From IMG/VR virus record IMGVR_UViG_3300045999_007288, positions 10,049-74,048 of that record: DNA of 64,000 bases; one strand, written 5' to 3'. This stretch comes from a virus. The notes beneath the pieces were generated by a model. The model worked only from the letters and a program-made list of their open reading frames with translations, did not search any database and was not told the origin of the DNA. The translations under genes were made by a program, and so were the position numbers. Of the stretch, positions 46,824-57,586 are shown piece by piece (the first letter of the stretch is position 1; each line of letters opens with the position of its first letter).

Positions 46824-49613
46824 TTAAATGAAATTAGTAAAGTCGCCGAATTCTAAATCGCCCAAACTTGCAAATGCTGCGGTCACATCAACATCTGTCA
46901 CTCCAACATCCAAACTAATAAAATCGTTGATTGCAATTTGTTCCGCTGCGCTGGCCAATCCTGCGTATTGAAAATCTCCAATGGAATCAAAACTAGTATT
47001 GTAGTCTGTGCCTAATGCGCCTAAAGCCGTCGGACTCTTAAGCGCATCACTAATTCCAGTTGTTATTTTATCTACTGCAATATTTAATCCTCGGCCAACA
47101 ACGTTATTAATTAAAGATCCTGCTACTTGTGCGCCCAGTGCTTGAAGGAAGCTTCCACCTTGACCGTTAGCCAAAGCAGCAGCTCCTGCTACTGCAAGAT
47201 TTACTGCTGCTGAAGAATTAATAGCTGGAATTAAAGAAGAAATATTAGTTCTCGGACCTGCAAATCTGATTGCTGTGTTCACTGTCGGAGTTAGCGCATT
47301 TGACAATGCAGTTTCTGTTCTTTGTGCAGCGGAAGAAGGAACCAATGGCTTTCCTTCTTGATCATACAATAGTTTTGCTAAAGTTAGTGATTGTTCAAAT
47401 TTTCCATTAGAAAAAGAATTGTCAACAGTAATTATTTTATAAACTCCGCTAAATTCGCTGTATCTATATCTACTAGATGCTACGTCTGCTATACCTTTAA
47501 TTTCGTCATAGTCCACTGGACTTTGAAAATTTACAAATACATATAGCTCTCCGCCGTCCATGTATAAACTACTACCCGAACTGTTATTTAAAAATTGACC
47601 TGATGGAGCCCCCAATCCTTGTCCCATGAATAAATCATCTTGTTTAATAAATTGCGGATCTCCTACAATTTTTAAATTTAATGTTATCATGTCTCCTTTG
47701 GCCCCTAGCATCAAAGATCTCTGCAGATCTCCTGCGTCTGCAGATGCCTGTGGTAGTCCACCAGCTCTCATAGTTGTCGCAACATTGTCGCTGACTAGTG
47801 CTATAGAAGTTGGTGCAACATTCTCTTGTGGTCTTTCTTCAGTATTGGGATTAGGATAAGCATCAGCATTGGGTCTAATGGGAGTTCCTGTTTGTGATTG
47901 TGTGCTTTTTGTACGATTTGTGGACATCTCTACTAGATATAAAGTGTTAAAATCTATTTGTAAATCGATTACGTCTTTATTTTTTCCTGTAAAAATATAA
48001 TCATATTTTTTTACAAATCCAGGCACACGACCTTTGGGATAAAATGGGTGTTTAGCAGATAAGTTATATGGCTTTACATAAAATACAATGTCCATACCAT
48101 ATCTGTTTTGTGTTGGATCATACTCTCTAATAGAGATACTAGGAATAATTCTAAACCATTTTAGCCACGTGATGGTATTAGGGTTTCCACCTGACAGAAT
48201 ACTGTCCCGTTGTTGTTGTGTTATTGTTGGGTCTTTTAACTGTTCACTTATATATGCACTGTTTCTAACTGCCCAATCAATCATTCTGTCAATGGTAGTA
48301 CCTGCAGGAATATTTACGGTTGCCCCATCAAATCGAAGCCCCCCTTTGGCAGCGCCCGATGCTGCCTGAATTTGTGATCTTTGTGCAGCAGTTGACGTTC
48401 CGCTGGCTGGAGCTCCAGCTGCATTAACAGGACCTGTATATAATTTACTGTTGCCTATTTTTGCATCAAATACAACCCTAACAGTGTTGACTATAGATAT
48501 TTGTTTTTGTGCTTTTAATGAACTAAAATAACTATTGATAGCGGCGCAGAATCCAGTTATTCCAAAACTTGAATATTCATTGTTTAATTGACTGGTCAAA
48601 TCGCCTATTCGGGCCCGGGTGTCAGCCACAATGCTGGCATCAAATGGATCGCTGGACGCGGATGCTGCAAATGGTCTAAGTTCTGTATTAAGGCTTGTAA
48701 TTTGTCTTTCAAGATTTGCTCTACTGGCAAGTTTTGCAGAAAATTCGTTGTCGCTGGCTGATACTTCAGCCGGACCACCAAATACTTGACTGACTGTGGT
48801 GGCTGTAACTGTGGTGCTAACAGGTAAGCTTACATGTGTTTGATTAAATGCCTGATGATTAAATGGCACTGCATCAATTTGATATTCTGTGCCTTTTGAT
48901 GTTAATTTAGACTTGATATTAGTTATCCTAATAGGAATAAATTTTGAATGTTCTTTGAGCGGCCCGGGTAGATCTCCGTCGACACTGCCAAAGAAATCAA
49001 TTTGTAACATGTAAGGCATTTGCAAATAACTTCCTACTCCTTGATTAACTCTGTTTGCAGCATCCAACATTCTATTAATTAGTGTAAACCCCAATGGCTC
49101 GATAATTGTAAAACTACATTCAATTAAGTTACTGTTTCTATTTCTGGAAGTAGTATTAACTATGGTCTTTACTTTTAAGTTTTCGAAATAAAAATCTTCT
49201 TCAAATGCTGGATCTCGTCTGAAAGTTGCACCGTATCTTCCTGCACTACTGATTAAAACATTTTGCGGTACATACTTTTTTTGTAATGAACTGTCTCTGC
49301 TGACCAAATTATTGTAGTTTTGTATTCCCATTAAATGCAGACTCAGACAATAAGTGTAAGAATCATATTCTAACAATGGGTTATCAACTACACCTTGTCT
49401 GGTATTAGAACCTATAAAAGCAGTAGTGCCAAATATTGCACGGCCTTCTGCATTACGTATTTGCGCCAACTCATTTTCGTTGGCTGCATCTATTGCTTCA
49501 TCACCCACAGCTGGAATTAGATCTATTGCAGGAGTGGCAATATTTTGTCTTTCATTTAAGGAAATAGCAACAGCCGATGCATTGATGACCGTAGAATCTA
49601 AAGGATTTATCAT
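46824..49613 (-). CDS. Baseplate hub protein (gp27/P2 gpD-like position)
   Basis: NPL..YDSYTY, FTIIEPLG, KKYDYIFTGKN, LKIVGDP, GVYKIITVDNSF.NGKFEQ.L. Lies between the gp53-like and gp5-like genes. Confidence 0.65.
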   Translation of the reverse strand: MINPLDSTVINASAVAISLNERQNIATPAIDLIPAVGDEAIDAANENELAQIRNAEGRAIFGTTAFIGSNTRQGVVDNPLLEYDSYTYCLSLHLMGIQNYNNLVSRDSSLQKKYVPQNVLISSAGRYGATFRRDPAFEEDFYFENLKVKTIVNTTSRNRNSNLIECSFTIIEPLGFTLINRMLDAANRVNQGVGSYLQMPYMLQIDFFGSVDGDLPGPLKEHSKFIPIRITNIKSKLTSKGTEYQIDAVPFNHQAFNQTHVSLPVSTTVTATTVSQVFGGPAEVSASDNEFSAKLASRANLERQITSLNTELRPFAASASSDPFDASIVADTRARIGDLTSQLNNEYSSFGITGFCAAINSYFSSLKAQKQISIVNTVRVVFDAKIGNSKLYTGPVNAAGAPASGTSTAAQRSQIQAASGAAKGGLRFDGATVNIPAGTTIDRMIDWAVRNSAYISEQLKDPTITQQQRDSILSGGNPNTITWLKWFRIIPSISIREYDPTQNRYGMDIVFYVKPYNLSAKHPFYPKGRVPGFVKKYDYIFTGKNKDVIDLQIDFNTLYLVEMSTNRTKSTQSQTGTPIRPNADAYPNPNTEERPQENVAPTSIALVSDNVATTMRAGGLPQASADAGDLQRSLMLGAKGDMITLNLKIVGDPQFIKQDDLFMGQGLGAPSGQFLNNSSGSSLYMDGGELYVFVNFQSPVDYDEIKGIADVASSRYRYSEFSGVYKIITVDNSFSNGKFEQSLTLAKLLYDQEGKPLVPSSAAQRTETALSNALTPTVNTAIRFAGPRTNISSLIPAINSSAAVNLAVAGAAALANGQGGSFLQALGAQVAGSLINNVVGRGLNIAVDKITTGISDALKSPTALGALGTDYNTSFDSIGDFQYAGLASAAEQIAINDFISLDVGVTDVDVTAAFASLGDLEFGDFTNFI

Positions 49614-49617
49614 CTTA

Positions 49618-49920
49618 TTATCCTATTGCGCTGGTTATTGCAGCTTTCTTAGGCAAAAATATTCTATTGCCTATTTTCATATCGAAGATAGGATCTTTAA
49701 TAGTGTTAGGATTGCGTAGTGCAAACACCCACCAAAGTCCAGTATCTTGATAAAGGTCGTATGCTAATAAATCTGGCCTATACTGATATGTTCTGTTTAT
49801 TGCAAACAACACATCGTCGGGATTCTTGGGTATTACTGGAAAATTAGCAAGATCTAAAAAGTCTCCGTAAAAAGGTGTTTTAGAATATAAGCTATTTTGA
49901 GCATATTGAATTTCAGCCAT
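49618..49920 (-). CDS. Baseplate wedge protein, gp53/LysM-like
   Basis: YRPDLLAYDLY....LWWVF..RN....G..I.LP. Confidence 0.8.
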   Translation of the reverse strand: MAEIQYAQNSLYSKTPFYGDFLDLANFPVIPKNPDDVLFAINRTYQYRPDLLAYDLYQDTGLWWVFALRNPNTIKDPIFDMKIGNRIFLPKKAAITSAIG

Positions 49921-50807
49921 TATAGGAAACCTCCGATAGGTGAATTACCATTTTGTATTAGAGCACCTCGCGAGAATCTATCTAGTGTAAAGTTTCTAGA
50001 AATATTTTGTTTGCTGTATACAGGTTGTAAAGTAATGTTCACCGTGCTACTTGTTGGCAGTCGGACTGGGCCTCCTATATTTTGTGTAGGCGAACCTATC
50101 ACCGTGCCTGACATAGATGCGCCAACTGGAATGGCAACATAATCCACTTCCCCTGGCATAGTATGACTGAATGCCGTTACCACACAAGGAACATGAGGAA
50201 GATATGCTGCCCCAAATCCATCTAAAAATACCAGCGGAGGAGGACTACCTGCATTTTGATCTGCACCAAAAAACATCTTAGTAACAGTTCTAAAAAAATG
50301 TATTACAGCCATTAGATACAAACCTTCTTTGATATTCTGCACTGTAAATTCTCCGGCTATATTAATAGCAGCAACTTCGCTGCCTTCATAAGAATAACTG
50401 GAGTAATTGCTATGCGTCAATGAAGTAGAGCCATATCTTGCATTGTGGGTCACAGTTAAGGTTGGGGTATATGGAAAAATTACCCCGCTGGTTTCTGCTA
50501 GTGGACGTAGAATGACACTATCTGCCCTGTTGTAAAATAAATCAGCAGTGGGTCTTGCCATACTAATTCGCACTCGCCAATCATCTTCTGGTTTTATAGG
50601 CGACCCGTCTGTACCATTAAAATTGATGTTAAATACACTGCCGGCGGCGTCTGCTAGTAATCCAGTGGCCCCAGGTGTTAAGCCAGAATTTGATAATCGG
50701 GCACCGCTGGTAGATGCTGCTCCAGTGGAACCTAACGGTGGATTACTTCCGTACAATGAATTCTGGTTAGAACCGTCCCCTGCAAAATTAGAAGTGTTAT
50801 ATGACAT
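49920..50807 (-). CDS. Tail-tube-initiator/baseplate protein (gp48/gp54-like fold)
   Basis: GVIFPYTP, I.IAGEFTVQN, GSPPP...L.GFG, PCVV..FS, P....V.ITL.P.YS. Confidence 0.6.
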   Translation of the reverse strand: MSYNTSNFAGDGSNQNSLYGSNPPLGSTGAASTSGARLSNSGLTPGATGLLADAAGSVFNINFNGTDGSPIKPEDDWRVRISMARPTADLFYNRADSVILRPLAETSGVIFPYTPTLTVTHNARYGSTSLTHSNYSSYSYEGSEVAAINIAGEFTVQNIKEGLYLMAVIHFFRTVTKMFFGADQNAGSPPPLVFLDGFGAAYLPHVPCVVTAFSHTMPGEVDYVAIPVGASMSGTVIGSPTQNIGGPVRLPTSSTVNITLQPVYSKQNISRNFTLDRFSRGALIQNGNSPIGGFL

Positions 50808-50824
50808 TTTTTACCTGTTTTAGA

Positions 50825-50831
50825 TATTTAT
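50825..50831 (-). promoter_or_regulatory. Late-promoter-like ATAAATA heading the baseplate operon
   Basis: ATAAATA 17 nt upstream of the ATG at 50807. Confidence 0.6.
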
Positions 50832-50862
50832 CGAACCAAAAATAGTAGCTTATTATTAAAAG

Positions 50863-50891
50863 TTGACATTGCTTGCTTAACATGTTAGTAT
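50863..50891 (+). promoter_or_regulatory. Sigma70-type promoter for the late sigma factor gene
   Basis: TTGACA (50863-50868), 17 nt spacer, TAGTAT (50886-50891), with a TGn extension. Confidence 0.65.
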
Positions 50892-50900
50892 GCGCTAACC

Positions 50901-51800
50901 GTGAATTTAAAGGACAAAATGAAATCAAACTACTTAAATAATAAAGATATTCTTAAAGAGATACACAAAAGCAAAAATTCATACTGCTCATTTATTAGCC
51001 CAGACGTTGCAGATTATGATATGATTCTGCCAGACGTTAAGAAAATTAACAAAAAAAATATCTTAGATGCTCGTAAGTTAAGAGCAGAAAGATTAAGTAA
51101 ATTGGCACACGAAGCTGCCGTGGCAGCCACTGGAGAAAAGCAAAAAGCTGATCAATTTGAAATCAAATATACTAAAATTCCCCAAACTGAAGTAGTCTTT
51201 CGAATTATGACATGGGAACACATACCACTAGATGACGTTAAAACTAAAAAAGCCAAAGACGCAGCCAAAGAATTATTCGACGACGAAGACGAAACTTCTC
51301 ATACTGAATACGATGAAGATGATCCTAAACACAACAAATACGTTAAAGTTAACTTCCCGCCGTTTTTTCATTACAAAGTAGATGAAGAAGGCAACCCTAT
51401 TCTAGTAGGCAAAAGTCATTGGTCGGGAGAATTAGATACTGGTTCGTTTAATAGAGATCACGGAGCAATGACTAACAAACTAGCTCACATGTTTATGAAA
51501 CTGTGTGAACGTTATGCAACTAGAAGTAATTGGAGAGGTTATACTTATAACGACGAAATGAGAAGTCAAGCCTTGCTACAGCTCAGCCAAATTGGACTTC
51601 AATTCGACGAATCGAAATCACAGAACCCTTTTGCTTATTATACTGCCGCTATCACTAATAGCTTCACTCGTGTGCTAAACATCGAAAAACGCAATCAAAA
51701 CTTACGTGACGACATTTTAGAAATGAACAATCTCAATCCAAGCTACACTAGACAAGGATTGAGTTCTGGTGGAGGAGGCTCTAACTTTTACGATGAGTAA
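50901..51800 (+). CDS. gp55: Late-transcription sigma factor, T4 gp55-like
   Basis: NYLNNKD, NWRGYTY.DEM, FDESKSQNPFAYYT..I.NSF.R....EKR. Precedes gp47/gp46 as in T4-like phages. Likely start is ATG at 50919. Confidence 0.85.
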   Translation: MNLKDKMKSNYLNNKDILKEIHKSKNSYCSFISPDVADYDMILPDVKKINKKNILDARKLRAERLSKLAHEAAVAATGEKQKADQFEIKYTKIPQTEVVFRIMTWEHIPLDDVKTKKAKDAAKELFDDEDETSHTEYDEDDPKHNKYVKVNFPPFFHYKVDEEGNPILVGKSHWSGELDTGSFNRDHGAMTNKLAHMFMKLCERYATRSNWRGYTYNDEMRSQALLQLSQIGLQFDESKSQNPFAYYTAAITNSFTRVLNIEKRNQNLRDDILEMNNLNPSYTRQGLSSGGGGSNFYDE

Positions 51801-52692
51801 CAAAATGGCAGTTTTAAATATAACCGAATCGACATTTGACTTCAATAATGTTGACCCGTACAGTAAATTATTAATTTCCGGAGACAAAATCATTGACAAT
51901 AACTATAACTATCATACTTCAATGGCAGATATGACTTCTGAAGAAATTTTAAATATTGCCAATCAATTTGAATCTATAAATTTTGTCTCGCAAGGGTTTG
52001 ACACAACATCAGATGCCTACAAAGAATCGTTAATGTTGATAAGTGTATTGTGTCACAAAAAACTTGTTACAGGGTATGAGCCACCGCCTATTACTCAATT
52101 TTTATCAATAGACGTTACCGATCGCCCAGATACTCCGGTACTCTGGGTATTTGGATGTAGTCATAGTCACGGCGTTGGGCTAAAATCTGACGAGAAAAAT
52201 TTTGGCCAGATAGTTGCAGATGTATTAAAAATTCCGTTGTTAAACATTACTCAGCCAGGTTCTAGTCTAAATTGGAGTTTTAGACATTTAATTAATGCCG
52301 ACATTAGGCCCGGCGATCGTGTTATATGGCAAATCACTACTCCACATCGATTGAGTGTATTTACCAACGGTCGTGTAACAGAAGTTGTATTAAACAACAC
52401 ATTAAATAGGTGTTTGCTCGATGTTAATAATGATGATCAAGTATTTTTCAATCATGTCAATCTGTTAACTTCTGGAGTTAGATATCTAAGGGCAATAAAG
52501 AATCAATTTTTGTTAACTGACCTTACTAGCCGCACTTGTTGTAATTTTTACAAATATAAATTGGAATATTCAAAATATCCCGAATATGTGTATCATCCAA
52601 CCCTATATCTTGATTACGGGTCAGATAGAGTACATGCTGGTCCTTTGAGCCACAAGGCTCTTGCTCAACGTATACTAGATTGTGTATACTAA
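51793..52692 (+). CDS. SGNH/GDSL-hydrolase-like protein
   Basis: VFGCSHSHGVG (block I Ser), PGSS, C-terminal D.VHAG (DxxH). Start refined to the ATG at 51793. Confidence 0.6.
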   Translation: MSNKMAVLNITESTFDFNNVDPYSKLLISGDKIIDNNYNYHTSMADMTSEEILNIANQFESINFVSQGFDTTSDAYKESLMLISVLCHKKLVTGYEPPPITQFLSIDVTDRPDTPVLWVFGCSHSHGVGLKSDEKNFGQIVADVLKIPLLNITQPGSSLNWSFRHLINADIRPGDRVIWQITTPHRLSVFTNGRVTEVVLNNTLNRCLLDVNNDDQVFFNHVNLLTSGVRYLRAIKNQFLLTDLTSRTCCNFYKYKLEYSKYPEYVYHPTLYLDYGSDRVHAGPLSHKALAQRILDCVY

Positions 52693-52696
52693 ATAG

Positions 52697-53713
52697 ATGA
52701 GTAATTTATTTAAAAAAGCTGCGATATTTACTGACATCCACTTCGGATTAAAATCAAATAGTCAGTTACACAACGAAGATTGTTTAAATTTTGTTAAGTG
52801 GGCAACTAACAAAGCAAAACAAGAAGGCTGCGAAACCGCCATGTTTCTTGGCGATTGGCACAACAATCGAGCCAGTATTAATATTGTTACTCTCAATTAC
52901 AGTTTAAAAGCACTGGAGTACTTGAATGATAATTTTGAACGTGTTTATTTTATTCCTGGTAATCATGATTTGTATTATCGGGATAAACGTGATATTCAAT
53001 CGGTTGAATGGGCTCGTCATCTCCCGAACGTTCAAATTGTTAACGATTGGTTTACTAGCGGCGATGTGGTTATTGCTCCTTGGCTTGTCGGAGACGACCA
53101 CAAACGAATTTCCAAACTCAGAGGAAAATACATGTTTGGACACTTCGAGCTGCCCCACTTCTATATGAACGCCATGGTGCAGATGCCTGATCACGGCGAA
53201 ATTAAAAATGAACATTTTGGAAATTTTGATCAAGTATTCACTGGACATTTTCATAAAAGACAGCAACGTCAGAATATTACATATATTGGAAATTGTTTCC
53301 CTCACAACTACGCCGATGCCGGCGATGATGAACGGGGATTAACTATTTTAGAATGGGGCAAACCCCCAGAACATCATGCATGGCCCGACCAACCCCGTTA
53401 TCGTGTATTAGGATTAGGCGCTATTTTGAATAACGCAGATTCGGTTTTAGGACAAGGTATGCATGTTCGTGTTAACATCGACATCGACATTAGTTACGAA
53501 GAAGCAACGTTTATTAAAGAAACGTTTATGCAAAGTCACAAATTACGTGAAATTACATTAATTCCACAAAAAAATGTAGACTTAAATGAATTTGCAATTC
53601 AAGGCAATGTTAATTTTGAAAGTGTAGATCAAATTGTTACAAATCAGTTAACCGCTATTACTAGCGACCACTACGACAACAATTTGTTGCTGGATATTTA
53701 CAGAAATTTATAA
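52697..53713 (+). CDS. gp47: Recombination endonuclease subunit, gp47 (Mre11/SbcD-like)
   Basis: TDIHFG, LGDWH, PGNHD, FGHFE, TGHFH metallophosphoesterase motifs. Confidence 0.93.
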   Translation: MSNLFKKAAIFTDIHFGLKSNSQLHNEDCLNFVKWATNKAKQEGCETAMFLGDWHNNRASINIVTLNYSLKALEYLNDNFERVYFIPGNHDLYYRDKRDIQSVEWARHLPNVQIVNDWFTSGDVVIAPWLVGDDHKRISKLRGKYMFGHFELPHFYMNAMVQMPDHGEIKNEHFGNFDQVFTGHFHKRQQRQNITYIGNCFPHNYADAGDDERGLTILEWGKPPEHHAWPDQPRYRVLGLGAILNNADSVLGQGMHVRVNIDIDISYEEATFIKETFMQSHKLREITLIPQKNVDLNEFAIQGNVNFESVDQIVTNQLTAITSDHYDNNLLLDIYRNL

Positions 53714-53715
53714 TC

Positions 53716-55488
53716 ATGTTTAAGATTAAATCACTGTCAGTTAAAAACTTTATGAGTGTAGGCAATGCCACTCAGGGCATCGATTTCGATCGCAATGACT
53801 TAACATTGGTATTGGGTGAAAATTTGGACTTAGGCGGCGATGACAGTGGTGCTCGAAATGGAACTGGTAAAACTACTATCATTAACGCATTAAGCTATAG
53901 TCTGTTCGGCCAGGCACTAACTAATATTAAAAAAGACAATTTGATTAATAAAACTAACAGCAAACACATGTTAGTTACCATTGATTTTGAATCTGAAGGT
54001 CGCCACTACAGAATTGAACGGGGCCGCAAACCAAATGTACTAAAGTTTTACGTAGACGACGAAGAATTAGAAACCAAAGACGATAACAGTCAAGGGGACA
54101 GTCGCGAAACACAATTAGAAATTGAACGTCTGTTAAATATGAGTCACGATATGTTCAAACATATTGTTGCTTTGAACACCTATACAGAACCATTTTTAAG
54201 TTTAAAAGCCAACGATCAACGAACTATCATTGAACAATTGCTGGGTATCACTGTACTGTCAGAAAAAGCTGAAGCACTTAAAGAACAAGGCAAATCCACT
54301 AAAGAAGAAATTCAACAGGAAGAATTTCGAATTAAAGCTGTAGGCGATGCAAACAAGCGAATTCAAGACCAAATTGATGCGCTGATTCGTCGACAAACAT
54401 TGTGGACTAATAAGCACAAAGATGACCTCGCATTATTACAGGCAGCATATGATCAGCTCGCAGAATTAGACATAGAGTCTGAGTTAGACACTCATAAAAA
54501 ATTAGCAGAATATAATACAAAAAGTAAACAAATAGCCGATCTTAAAACTTTGGTTAAACGCTGCGAACAAGATGAAACCAGGGAATCCCGGGAGATAGAA
54601 AAGCTTAAAAAAGAAATTTTAGCTTTAGAAAATCATACCTGTCATAGCTGTGGACAATCATTTCATGATGCCAAACAAGTGATTGTTTTGGAAGAAAAAC
54701 AAAAAACACTACAAGAAACTGTATTACAAGCATTGGCTACTAATACACAATTGCTGGAAAATCAAGAAGCTCTCAACCTACTAGGCGAGCTGGGACAGAA
54801 ACCAGTGACATTTTATAAAGACGAAAGCGATGCGTTTGAACATCGTAGCAGCATGGCATCTGTTCTTACTCAATTAAATTCTAAACAGTCAGAACAAGAC
54901 CCGTACACAGATCAAATTAATGATATGAAGGAAACGGCTGTTGAAGAAATAAATTATGATTATATGAATTCGTTGGTACGAATTAAAGATCACCAAGAAT
55001 TTTTACTTAAATTATTAACCAATAAAGATAGTTTTATTCGTAAAAAAATTATCGATCAGAATCTCAGCTACTTAAATGCAAGATTGGGATTTTATTTGGA
55101 TAAGATTGGGTTGCCGCATACAGTTAAGTTTAACAATGACTTGTCTGTTAGTATTGAAGAATTGGGCAGAGAGCTAGATTTTGATAACTTATCTCGTGGA
55201 GAGAGAAATCGACTCATACTTAGCCTGAGTTGGAGTTTTCGTGATGTATGGGAAAGTCTTTATCAACCTATCAACTTGTTGTTCATCGATGAACTAGTGG
55301 ACAGCGGAATGGATAGCAGCGGCGTCGAAAACAGTTTAGCTATCTTAAAGAAAATGAGCAGGGAAAGCAATAAAAGTGTATGGCTAGTAAGTCACAAAGA
55401 TGAACTGGCCGGGCGTGTAAATAATATTTTAACTGTAGTTAAAGAAAACGGATTCACTAATTACAGCACTGACGTCGAAATAAACTAA
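53716..55488 (+). CDS. gp46: Recombination ATPase subunit, gp46 (Rad50/SbcC-like)
   Basis: KNFMSVG, Walker A NGTGKTT, coiled coil with CHSC zinc hook, LSRGE signature, LLFIDE, VSH. Confidence 0.95.
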   Translation: MFKIKSLSVKNFMSVGNATQGIDFDRNDLTLVLGENLDLGGDDSGARNGTGKTTIINALSYSLFGQALTNIKKDNLINKTNSKHMLVTIDFESEGRHYRIERGRKPNVLKFYVDDEELETKDDNSQGDSRETQLEIERLLNMSHDMFKHIVALNTYTEPFLSLKANDQRTIIEQLLGITVLSEKAEALKEQGKSTKEEIQQEEFRIKAVGDANKRIQDQIDALIRRQTLWTNKHKDDLALLQAAYDQLAELDIESELDTHKKLAEYNTKSKQIADLKTLVKRCEQDETRESREIEKLKKEILALENHTCHSCGQSFHDAKQVIVLEEKQKTLQETVLQALATNTQLLENQEALNLLGELGQKPVTFYKDESDAFEHRSSMASVLTQLNSKQSEQDPYTDQINDMKETAVEEINYDYMNSLVRIKDHQEFLLKLLTNKDSFIRKKIIDQNLSYLNARLGFYLDKIGLPHTVKFNNDLSVSIEELGRELDFDNLSRGERNRLILSLSWSFRDVWESLYQPINLLFIDELVDSGMDSSGVENSLAILKKMSRESNKSVWLVSHKDELAGRVNNILTVVKENGFTNYSTDVEIN

Positions 55489-55509
55489 TTGTAATTCAAG
55501 GAAATAAAA

Positions 55510-57039
55510 ATGGAAAATGTGTTTGCAGTGATTTTATCAGTGCCCAGAATTACGCCAGTACGGCCAAGTTTGGCGCCTGCTATTATTAAATCACTGATAT
55601 CAAAACATAATTTATCTGCAAAAATTGTAGATATTAACATAGATTTTTATAATACCTTTGCTAAAAAATATGGATCTAATATTTTTAAAAAAATTGATCA
55701 ATATTTAATTGGGTTAAACAACAGCCCACTCGATTCAAAAGCTCAAGAGTGCTATGATGAATATTTAAATTTTTGGGTTCGCGAACTTATAAAAATTAAT
55801 CCAACACATTTTTTTATATCTGTGTTTACATGGCAAGCACAACGATTTGTAAGAGATTTTTTATCAATATTGCGGCACAATACCTCAGCAAAAATCCTAG
55901 TAGGCGGGCAAGGTATCGGAGAAATTAGAGAACAGACCAGTTGGATAGGTAAACCGATTTATGCCGAGAAACTTAAACAACTAGGATTGATTGATCATTG
56001 GATCAAAGGCGATGCGGAAACAACTATTCCATTAATATGTCAAGGAATTTATACCGGGCCAGGCATCGATACTGACACGTATGCTAGTTGGAGCACTTTA
56101 AAAGAAAACCCTATTCCAAATTTCGATGACTTAGATATTTCCGCGTACCACAACGGTCTCCCAGGAGGTATAATTCCGTTAGAAATTTCTCGGGGGTGTG
56201 TAAGAAGCTGCAACTTCTGTGACTGGGTCACTTCGGGTGGTGGGTTTCGTACAAAAACTGGTTTACAAATGTTCAAAGAAGTAAAACACTATGTAGAAAA
56301 ATATAATGTGAAAAATTTTTACTTCAATGATGCTCTTATCAACGGTTCTATAAAAGAATTTAATAAATTTAATCAGTTGTTAGTAGAGTACTATAAGAAA
56401 AAGAATTGGCCTGACAGGTCTATAAATTATTCAGGCCATTTTATTATAAGAGGACCGCAACACGGTTGGAAAAAAGAAGATATAGAATTAATGGGCAGGG
56501 CAGGTGCGTACAGTATGGTAGTCGGAGTTGAAACTGGATCGGACCAGGTTCGACAAGCTATGAACAAAGGGTACAATACTGCCGATTTAGATTATAACAT
56601 GGAAGAATTTGTTAAACATGGTATAAAACTATATATGTTAATGATGATCGGCTATCCCACTGAAACTAGAAAAGACTTCGACGAAACATTAGAATTATTA
56701 AAGCGATATCAAAAATATGTAGCAGGTGGACATATCAGTGGTGTAAATCTTGGGCAAACTTTTATAATTGAAGAAGGTGCTCCAATTTTTTATAAGCCCG
56801 AGCAATTGGATTTAGTTGGTGTTAATGGTTCAGATCAACCCAGAGATGTATTTTGGATGAACCCGCAGAATCCTGAATTAACTTATAAAGAAAGAATTAA
56901 ACGTAGAATCGAAGCCCAAGAATTGGTAACGAAGTTAGGATACCCTATATGGAGAGGGGATGCTCAGCTTGGATGGTTAATAAAAAAGTACAAAGACATT
57001 TACGACGGAAATTTTAATGAACATCAAACTACAATTTAA
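55510..57039 (+). CDS. Cobalamin-binding-domain radical SAM protein
   Basis: PSLAPAII, ILVGG, GDAE, SRGCVRSCNFC, GVETGS...MNKG, MIGYPTET. Confidence 0.88.
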   Translation: MENVFAVILSVPRITPVRPSLAPAIIKSLISKHNLSAKIVDINIDFYNTFAKKYGSNIFKKIDQYLIGLNNSPLDSKAQECYDEYLNFWVRELIKINPTHFFISVFTWQAQRFVRDFLSILRHNTSAKILVGGQGIGEIREQTSWIGKPIYAEKLKQLGLIDHWIKGDAETTIPLICQGIYTGPGIDTDTYASWSTLKENPIPNFDDLDISAYHNGLPGGIIPLEISRGCVRSCNFCDWVTSGGGFRTKTGLQMFKEVKHYVEKYNVKNFYFNDALINGSIKEFNKFNQLLVEYYKKKNWPDRSINYSGHFIIRGPQHGWKKEDIELMGRAGAYSMVVGVETGSDQVRQAMNKGYNTADLDYNMEEFVKHGIKLYMLMMIGYPTETRKDFDETLELLKRYQKYVAGGHISGVNLGQTFIIEEGAPIFYKPEQLDLVGVNGSDQPRDVFWMNPQNPELTYKERIKRRIEAQELVTKLGYPIWRGDAQLGWLIKKYKDIYDGNFNEHQTTI

Positions 57040-57586
57040 AGTCGAACGCCGTTTAGGAGATCCCACGATTACTGTAATTATCGACGATAATATGCCCAGT
57101 TACACAGGGGTATGCCCTGATCAACTTGAATTAAATGTTCCAGTTATTTCGGGCTGTCACGAATTAAGAATACAACATTACGGTAAGAAAACAACAGATC
57201 ATGTATATGATAGCAGCGGTAAAGTTATTATCGACAAACATGTGGAAATAAAATCTATAGTATTGGATGATGTAGAATTAGTTGAAGAACTTTGGGATGG
57301 AGAATTTTATCCTGTATACGATCAAGATTATCTAAAAGATTGCATTAGTGCAAATATTAAAGTACCATATAGTCTAAGACCTAATTTATATTTAGGTCAT
57401 AATGGTACTTGGATTTTAAAATTTGAATATCCGTGTATAGATTGGCTTTTGGCCGTCAGGCAAAATAAAATATTTAAAGTCACTGATCCAGACTTTATAA
57501 CCAGTGAAGAAGATTTACAACGAGCAAAAGATTTTTTTAATTCGGCCCCCGACTTACCTTGGGATTTAGATTTTATTAAACGATGA
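57017..57586 (+). CDS. Hypothetical protein
   Basis: Overlaps the B12 radical SAM stop. Beta-rich. YLGHNGTW.L.F..P...W motif. Confidence 0.75.
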   Translation: MNIKLQFKVERRLGDPTITVIIDDNMPSYTGVCPDQLELNVPVISGCHELRIQHYGKKTTDHVYDSSGKVIIDKHVEIKSIVLDDVELVEELWDGEFYPVYDQDYLKDCISANIKVPYSLRPNLYLGHNGTWILKFEYPCIDWLLAVRQNKIFKVTDPDFITSEEDLQRAKDFFNSAPDLPWDLDFIKR

